Shown: positions 58,180-64,000 of the stretch, in pieces
Layout: every line of letters starts with the position of its first letter
Numbering within the stretch: the first letter of the stretch is position 1
Origin: Clostridia bacterium
GTDB taxonomy: Bacteria > Bacillota > TC1 > JBAXCZ01
DNA length: 64,000 bases
Reading direction: 5' to 3'
Assembly (NCBI GenBank): GCA_037141195.1
Contig: JBAXCZ010000008.1
Coordinates: 2,525 to 66,524, forward strand
Made by a program: the position numbers and the translations under genes
Notes under the pieces: generated by a model
Seen by the model: the letters and a program-made list of their open reading frames with translations, nothing else
The model's database searches: none
Told to the model about the DNA's origin: nothing

Positions 58180-59673
58180 TTATGGCAAATCTAATAATTG
58201 ATTATCAGGTAGTGTTCTACTAGCATTCTGTTTAAAGCTTTCAACTGCTTTTATAGCTTTATTTTCTGGGATGATAGTTCCAGCTCCACCAATACAACCT
58301 CCGGGACAGGCCATCCCCTCTAAAAGATAGCCATTGCGTTTGCCAGCTTTAGCCAAGCTAAGCATTTTCCTACACTCAGCAAGACCTTCTGCCCTATCTA
58401 GGGGAATATCCTCATGATAATAGGCTTGAACACATTTTTGGATAGCATCAGCAACTCCACTGGCAATGGCATAGCCACGACCACTTGCGGTAGCCGCTCC
58501 AGTTAAGGGCATGCTAGGCAGTTCACTAAATTCTACTTCTTTGGCTACAAACATTCCCATTAGCTCTTCAAAGGTAACAACAAAGTCCACATCACTCCTG
58601 ACACTGGTGCGGGAAGCCTCTAGTTTTTTTGACGAACATGGTCCAATAAAGACTACTTTGGCTGAGGGATGGTGCTGTTTAATAAGGCGTGCAGTTGCAA
58701 CCATTGGTGTTAATGAATCAGAAATGCAACTTACTAGCTCAGGAAAAGTATTTTTTGCCATACTAGACCAAGATGGACAACAAGATGTTGCTAAAAAAGG
58801 TAATCGCTCCGGAACATTTTTCATAAAATGATGGGCTTCCTCAATAGCACCTACATCTGCACCCACAGCTACTTCATAAACATCACTTATGCCTAACATT
58901 TGCAGGGCTGGTTTTATTTTGTCTGGGGTGGCTAAAGGTCCAAACTGACCTACGAAAGCAGGAGCGATTGCTGCAATTACCTGATTACCAGCGTTGATTG
59001 CTTGAATCAATTGATAAAGCTGAGATTTATCTGCAATGGCAGAAAACGGACAATTTACAATACACATGCCACAAGAAACACATTTTTCATAGTCTATTTT
59101 TGCTCGACCAAGGTAGTCACTACCAATTGCATTTACACCACAAGCTACAGCGCAAGGACGCTCACGCTTGACTATTGCAGAGTATGGGCAAGCTTCTTTG
59201 CAACGACCACATTTAATGCACTGCTCTAAATCTATTTTTGCACAACCGTTTTTTTTCGAACGGTGCACTGCTTTTACTGGACAAACAACTGTACAAGGGT
59301 GTCCTAAGCAGCCACGACAGTTGTTTGTGACGAAATAAGACTTTTCTGCACAAGCATCGCAGGCAAAGGGAATAACATTAACTAATGGTGGTTCATAATA
59401 TTTTTCAGCTATATCTGCTTTTTCTATATCTTTAGAGATTACAGAAGGTTTATTTACAGGGCGTAAGGGGAGTCCCAAGGCAAGACGGAGCCGCTCCCCT
59501 ATGATAGCTCTTTCCTTAAAGATGCTTTCTCGGTAGGTTGGCGCTTCACCTGGAATAATTTTATATACTAAATCTTCAATCATGCTTAAAGGTTTTTGTT
59601 CATAGGCAAGCTTGGCAATTTCCGTAAAAACTTGTCTGCGAATTTTAGTAACTGGAGTATAAATTCCTCGCAT
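58180..59673 (-). CDS. Monomeric [FeFe]-hydrogenase (group B-like) with N-terminal ferredoxin domains
   Basis: H-cluster motifs TSCCPSW, GPCSSKKLE and EGMACPGGCIGGAG; several CxxCxxCxxxCP clusters. Confidence 0.9.
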   Translation of the reverse strand: MRGIYTPVTKIRRQVFTEIAKLAYEQKPLSMIEDLVYKIIPGEAPTYRESIFKERAIIGERLRLALGLPLRPVNKPSVISKDIEKADIAEKYYEPPLVNVIPFACDACAEKSYFVTNNCRGCLGHPCTVVCPVKAVHRSKKNGCAKIDLEQCIKCGRCKEACPYSAIVKRERPCAVACGVNAIGSDYLGRAKIDYEKCVSCGMCIVNCPFSAIADKSQLYQLIQAINAGNQVIAAIAPAFVGQFGPLATPDKIKPALQMLGISDVYEVAVGADVGAIEEAHHFMKNVPERLPFLATSCCPSWSSMAKNTFPELVSCISDSLTPMVATARLIKQHHPSAKVVFIGPCSSKKLEASRTSVRSDVDFVVTFEELMGMFVAKEVEFSELPSMPLTGAATASGRGYAIASGVADAIQKCVQAYYHEDIPLDRAEGLAECRKMLSLAKAGKRNGYLLEGMACPGGCIGGAGTIIPENKAIKAVESFKQNASRTLPDNQLLDLP

Positions 59674-59687
59674 AATTACCTCCTGTT

Positions 59688-59954
59688 TTATTTGCTTGCC
59701 AAGATTGCTGACATAATATTTTGACTTTTTGCTTTCACATAAACTTGGCTATTGATTTTTATTTTAGGACATTCATGGCTGTGCTTTGGCTCGCCGATAC
59801 ATTTATTGGTGATAATTTCAATTTCCCTTTGTTCAAAATCATTATCCTCATGCTGAAAAATCTCTGTAAGATTTTCTACAGACTCCATTAAATCCATTGC
59901 ACCATGCATTACACACTCTGTACAGATACAAATTTCCACAATGATTTTTTCCAT
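59688..59954 (-). CDS. Small thioredoxin-like [2Fe-2S] (NuoE-like) protein
   Basis: ICICTECVMHGA...KCIG...CPKIKIN; 14 nt upstream of the hydrogenase. Confidence 0.65.
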   Translation of the reverse strand: MEKIIVEICICTECVMHGAMDLMESVENLTEIFQHEDNDFEQREIEIITNKCIGEPKHSHECPKIKINSQVYVKAKSQNIMSAILASK

Positions 59955-60033
59955 AGCTTCACACCATTTCTCTTAGTATTAAGTTAAATTTTAGCCCTCT
60001 TTACTTCTACAGTCAAGCCAGATATTTAACTGG

Positions 60034-60083
60034 ACTATAGAAATAAAGCCACTCCTATTGAGAAGTGGCTTTATTTCTATAGT
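60034..60083 (-). terminator. Stem-loop downstream of tRNA-Sec
   Basis: ACTATAGAAATAAAGCCACT/AGTGGCTTTATTTCTATAGT perfect 20-bp stem. Confidence 0.65.
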
Positions 60084-60113
60084 TGGTAAAAATGCAAAAC
60101 CAACTCTTTGCTT

Positions 60114-60211
60114 TGGCGGGAGTACATGCGAATCGAACACACCCACGACAGGATCGCTGCCGCACAGCCAGATTTGAAGTCTGCGTGAGCCACCAGGCCC
60201 AATCTACCCCC
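60114..60211 (-). tRNA. selC: tRNA-Sec (UCA)
   Basis: - strand: GGGGGTAG acceptor, 6-bp D-stem TGGGCC-TGGT-GGCTCA, anticodon loop CTTCAAA, long variable arm GCGGCAG/CTGTCGT, TTCGATT, G discriminator + CCA; 98 nt. Confidence 0.93.
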
Positions 60212-60362
60212 ATCGATGAAAATTATAGCATATTCTATTTGTTATAGCTAGCAAAAATCAGTCGATAAATATAGCTTTTATGCGCTAAAATGGAAACAAA
60301 AAAGTATTGAAAACATAAAAAGATTAGTTAGAAATATAAAGTTTCATGCTCTTGTAATATTC

Positions 60363-60396
60363 TTATCACATAGCCATCACAAAATACTCATATAAT
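60363..60396 (+). promoter_or_regulatory. htrA promoter with ATCACA direct repeat (OmpR/CssR-type box)
   Basis: ATCACA at 60365 and 60376 (11-bp period) occupying the -35 region of TATAAT (60391-96). Confidence 0.55.
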
Positions 60397-60441
60397 GCAA
60401 GTGTAAAGTTTTTCATTAGATGATAAAAAGGAGCGATTAAG

Positions 60442-61641
60442 ATGCATGATAGTAAATATGAAGAATATGAAACAAATGGAGAAGTAGAGAAAAAAGTTGA
60501 GCAATTAGCTATAGTAAAACAAGAAAAGCAAAAAATGCCGTCCTATTTGAAAAAAGCTATGGCGGTAACTATTATTAGCTCTATGCTCTTAGGTGGATTT
60601 GGTGGTTATTTAGTAGGGTTCGGTAGCAATGGAAAGGCAAGTCTTAGTGCGGGAGCTGTTGCCTATACTGATAATGCCAGCAACGTAGCACAGACTATGC
60701 AGGTGGTAGGTAGCAATTCGCTTGCTAGTATGGTTGCTAAAGCAAAGCAAGCTGTAGTGGCTATTGATGTAGAAGCTACAAATAGTAATACGGCTTTTGG
60801 CAATGAGACATTAAAGGGTAGTGGATCAGGGGTGATTATTTCCAGTGATGGTTACATTATTACCAATAATCATGTAATTCAGGACACTAGCAGTATTAAG
60901 GTTTATCTCGCTAGCGGCAAGGAATACAAAGCAAAACTTATAGGAACAGATAGTAAAACTGATGTAGCTCTTTTAAAAATTGATGCTACTAATTTAACGG
61001 TTCTTCCACAAGGTGATTCTTCTAAGTTGCATGAGGGAGATATGGCAATAGCTATTGGAAATCCTTTGGGTATGCTTAGCGGAACCGTAACTTCAGGAAT
61101 TATTAGTGGTCAGGACCGAGCAATTGTTATTGACGGTAAGAGTATGAATCTTTTACAAACAGACGCAGCTATTAACCCTGGTAATTCTGGTGGTGCACTT
61201 GTAGATGCTAATGGTAATTTAATTGGACTTGTTGTAGCTAAAAGCGGTGGAGTAAATGTCGAAGGGTTAGGTTTTGCAATTCCAGTTAATGATGTGAAAC
61301 TTGTCTTGAACGATTTACAAAAATATGGTTATGTCAAAGGTAGACCAGTAATGGGGATTTCCATTGTTGAGGTAAATGATACTATTACAGCTCAGCAATA
61401 TGGTGTGGAAAAATTTGGAGTTTATATTGCTAACATTGCCATAGGTAGTGGGGCAGAAAAAGCTGGCTTAAAAGCTGGAGACTATATTTCTAAAATTGAT
61501 GGTAAAGTAATTTCTAGTTACGCTGATATTGATAAGGTTATAAAAACCAAAAAAGTAGGAGAAACAATTATCATTGGAATTGAACGCAATGGCACAGCAG
61601 AAGATGTGAATGTAACATTACAAGAACAAGGTAAAATTTAA
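60442..61641 (+). CDS. htrA: HtrA/DegP-family membrane serine protease with PDZ
   Basis: GSGSGVI, TNNHV, DVALLK, QTDAAINPGNSGG and PDZ AEKAGL. Confidence 0.95.
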   Translation: MHDSKYEEYETNGEVEKKVEQLAIVKQEKQKMPSYLKKAMAVTIISSMLLGGFGGYLVGFGSNGKASLSAGAVAYTDNASNVAQTMQVVGSNSLASMVAKAKQAVVAIDVEATNSNTAFGNETLKGSGSGVIISSDGYIITNNHVIQDTSSIKVYLASGKEYKAKLIGTDSKTDVALLKIDATNLTVLPQGDSSKLHEGDMAIAIGNPLGMLSGTVTSGIISGQDRAIVIDGKSMNLLQTDAAINPGNSGGALVDANGNLIGLVVAKSGGVNVEGLGFAIPVNDVKLVLNDLQKYGYVKGRPVMGISIVEVNDTITAQQYGVEKFGVYIANIAIGSGAEKAGLKAGDYISKIDGKVISSYADIDKVIKTKKVGETIIIGIERNGTAEDVNVTLQEQGKI

Positions 61642-61648
61642 GATATGC

Positions 61649-61680
61649 GGGCTATTCCTCTAGGAGTAGCCCTTTTTTTT
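61649..61680 (+). terminator. Intrinsic terminator after htrA
   Basis: GGGCTATTCCT/AGGAGTAGCCC + T8. Confidence 0.8.
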
Positions 61681-61900
61681 GTGAAATAAATTAAAATATT
61701 TTAGCGACTTTTTTTGTACAATAGCAGAAGATGTGGTACAATAAGTCTGCTATATATAAATTTTATATAGTCGTGTTTCGTTGAAGATTTCTATTTGCAT
61801 CTGTGTAGCTGTTATTTGGATTTTTAAGCAGTCTAGATGCTTTTTTTGTTTGATTACAAGTAGTTCTAAAACATAGCCAAAAAATAGTTGGAGGATATAC

Positions 61901-63160
61901 ATGGCAGAAAGATTAGTTATTCGCGGAGGAAAAAGACTCAGTGGTACAGTAACGGTAAGTGCTGCAAAAAATGCTGTTTTACCGATTATGGCGGCTACAC
62001 TATTATCAAAGGAAAAATCGAAATTATTGGATATACCATATTTAGCTGATGTTGAGAATCTTTGTTCAATCTTTGAAAGTATTGGTGTGAAAACTGGTCA
62101 TGAGCAAGGAGATTTACTCATTGATCCATCAAAATTAGCTACAACAGAAGCAATAGATGAAAGAGCAAGTGAAATGCGCGCTTCTTGTTTATTAATGGGG
62201 CCGCTTTTAGGACGCTTTGGTAGAGTGACGTTAGCCTTGCCTGGAGGTTGTGCTATCGGTGCTAGGCCTATTGATTTGCATATCAAGGGCTTGACTGCTA
62301 TGGGTACGAGTTTTGAAAAGCAGTCCGGCTATATCATTGGCAATTGCCAGGGAAGATTGCAGGGTGCTAGAATTTATCTGGATTTTCCTAGTGTAGGTGC
62401 TACAGAAAATCTAATGATGGCTGCTGCGCTAGCAGAGGGGCAGACAATTATTGAAAATGCTGCAGAAGAACCAGAAATTGTAGACTTAGCAATTTGCTTA
62501 AATAATATGGGTGCCAAGGTACGAGGTGCTGGTACAAATATTATTAAGATAGATGGTGTCGATGAGCTGCACGGTGTTATTCACTCTGTCATTCCAGATC
62601 GTATTGAAGCAGGAACCTATATGGCATTAGCTGCAATGACCAAGAGCGATTTAACTGTTAAAAATGTTATTGTGGATCATTTGAAGCCTGTAGTAGCAAA
62701 ATTAAGAGAAATGGGTGTAAATATCGAGGAAAGTGAAGATGGTGTAAGAGTTATTGGGCCGGAAGAATTATTGCCTGCAGATATTAAAACTCTTCCTTAT
62801 CCTGGTTTTCCGACAGATATGCAAGCACAAATTATGGCAGTCTTAACTTTAGCAAATGGAACAAGCCTAGTAACTGAAACTGTTTTTGAAAATCGATTTA
62901 TGCACGTTGATGAATTTCACCGTATGGGCGCAGAAATTTTAGTAGAAGGTCATAGCGCAATGATTAGGGGAGTTAAAGAACTGCATGGTGCGAGTGTGCG
63001 GGCAACTGACCTACGGGCAGGAGCTGCTTTGGTTATTGCTGCACTTGCTGCTGATGGTGTTTCGGAAATTGGAGCTTTGTATCATATTGATAGAGGGTAT
63101 AGCAAATTAGTAGAAAAATTGCAAAAATTAGGCGCAGATATTAAGCGCATCAATGTTTAA
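61901..63160 (+). CDS. murA: UDP-N-acetylglucosamine 1-carboxyvinyltransferase
   Basis: AKNAVLP, LPGGCAIGARPIDLH (catalytic Cys), PGFPTDMQ and TDLRAGA. Confidence 0.97.
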   Translation: MAERLVIRGGKRLSGTVTVSAAKNAVLPIMAATLLSKEKSKLLDIPYLADVENLCSIFESIGVKTGHEQGDLLIDPSKLATTEAIDERASEMRASCLLMGPLLGRFGRVTLALPGGCAIGARPIDLHIKGLTAMGTSFEKQSGYIIGNCQGRLQGARIYLDFPSVGATENLMMAAALAEGQTIIENAAEEPEIVDLAICLNNMGAKVRGAGTNIIKIDGVDELHGVIHSVIPDRIEAGTYMALAAMTKSDLTVKNVIVDHLKPVVAKLREMGVNIEESEDGVRVIGPEELLPADIKTLPYPGFPTDMQAQIMAVLTLANGTSLVTETVFENRFMHVDEFHRMGAEILVEGHSAMIRGVKELHGASVRATDLRAGAALVIAALAADGVSEIGALYHIDRGYSKLVEKLQKLGADIKRINV

Positions 63161-63183
63161 ATTTGAAGGGAGCTTATAAATTT

Positions 63184-64000
63184 ATGTTTGGAACAGATAT
63201 TGGGATTGACTTAGGGACAGTTAGTATTATTGTATATGCAAAGGGTAAAGAGGGATTAATCAATGAACCATCGGTTGTTGCTGTAGATTGTAATACTAAT
63301 GAGATTATTAGTATTGGCGAAGAAGCACGAAAAATGATTGGTAAAACACCAGGAAATATTAAAGCAATAAGACCTTTACGAAAAGGTGTAATTGCTGACT
63401 ATGATACAACTGAAAAAATGATGCGTTATTTTATTGCTAAAGCAGGGGGTAAGGGCTGGTTTTTTAAGCCTAGAGTTGTTATTTGCATTCCTTCCGGTGC
63501 TACAGATGTAGAAGAAAGAGCAGTAAAGGAAGCAACCCTCTCAGCAGGAGCTAGAGAAGCCTATATCTTAGAAGAGCCAGTTGCTGCTGCTCTAGGGGCA
63601 GGAATTGATATTTCTCAAGCAGAAGGAAACTTGGTAGTAGATATTGGTGGTGGAACAACAGATATCGCTGTACTTTCCTTAGGTGGAGTGGTTAACTCTT
63701 TATCTCTCAGAGTTGGCGGAGATGATTTTGATGAAGCAATTGTAAGATTTATCAGACGCGAATATAATATGATGATTGGTGAAAGAACAGCAGAAGATGT
63801 TAAAATCAAAATTGGCAGTGCTTATCCAGAACGTAAAGATGGTGAAAGCACTATGGCAATCAGAGGAAGAGATCTTTTAACTGGGTTGCCCAAGTCCCTA
63901 GAAGTAACTACTGCAACAATTTATCGTGCACTTTTAGAGCCAGTTGAGGCGATTATTGCAGCAGTAAAAGAAGTACTGGAATGTACTCCCCCAGAACTAG
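63184..64000 (+). CDS. mbl: MreB-like rod shape-determining protein (Mbl), 3'-truncated by window edge
   Basis: Not in the ORF track (no stop in window). MFGTDIGIDLGT, NEPSVVA, RPLRKGVIADY, EEPVAAALGAG, VDIGGGTTDIA and TPPEL. Confidence 0.88.
   Translation, partial: MFGTDIGIDLGTVSIIVYAKGKEGLINEPSVVAVDCNTNEIISIGEEARKMIGKTPGNIKAIRPLRKGVIADYDTTEKMMRYFIAKAGGKGWFFKPRVVICIPSGATDVEERAVKEATLSAGAREAYILEEPVAAALGAGIDISQAEGNLVVDIGGGTTDIAVLSLGGVVNSLSLRVGGDDFDEAIVRFIRREYNMMIGERTAEDVKIKIGSAYPERKDGESTMAIRGRDLLTGLPKSLEVTTATIYRALLEPVEAIIAAVKEVLECTPPEL

Noticed and set aside
52672-60113. Genomic island between the facing 3' ends of tRNA-Trp and tRNA-Sec
   Set aside because: No integrase, no duplicated tRNA 3' end (att) seen and no obvious compositional shift.

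Overview
Low-GC (AT-rich) chromosomal segment from an anaerobic Bacillota (Clostridia-like) bacterium. 1-19.5 kb is a housekeeping block: malic enzyme (partial), nadE, yebC, ruvCAB, mobA, queA, tgt, yajC, secDF, relA, dtd, an MBL hydrolase, hisS, aspS and tcdA. It is interrupted by an intact IS110-family element (7756-9492, - strand) inserted at the 5' edge of the secD Shine-Dalgarno sequence. Joining its ends creates a perfect TTGACA-N17-TATAAT promoter, and its ~360-nt upstream non-coding region folds into a bridge-RNA-like structure with segments matching both its own junction and the AGGAGGAG target. 19.5-37.8 kb is a complete type IVa pilus locus (pilB, pilT, pilC, major pilin, minor pilins, pilM-pilN fusion, pilO, PilX/K-like protein, a 1.7-kaa repeat/DUF5057-like putative adhesin, pilD). 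It is preceded by two c-di-GMP riboswitches of different classes with apparently opposite logic. 38-64 kb holds a TipA-like MerR regulator, a CbpA-like J protein with a CtsR-like box, a degenerate TadA-like protein, two palindromic non-coding elements, and SLH proteins with csaB/tagO-like genes. It also holds tyrS, tRNA-Trp, an FtsX-type ABC exporter, a monomeric [FeFe]-hydrogenase operon with a ygiD-like dioxygenase, tRNA-Sec, htrA, murA and mbl/mreB (partial). All calls come from reading the sequence; no searches were run.
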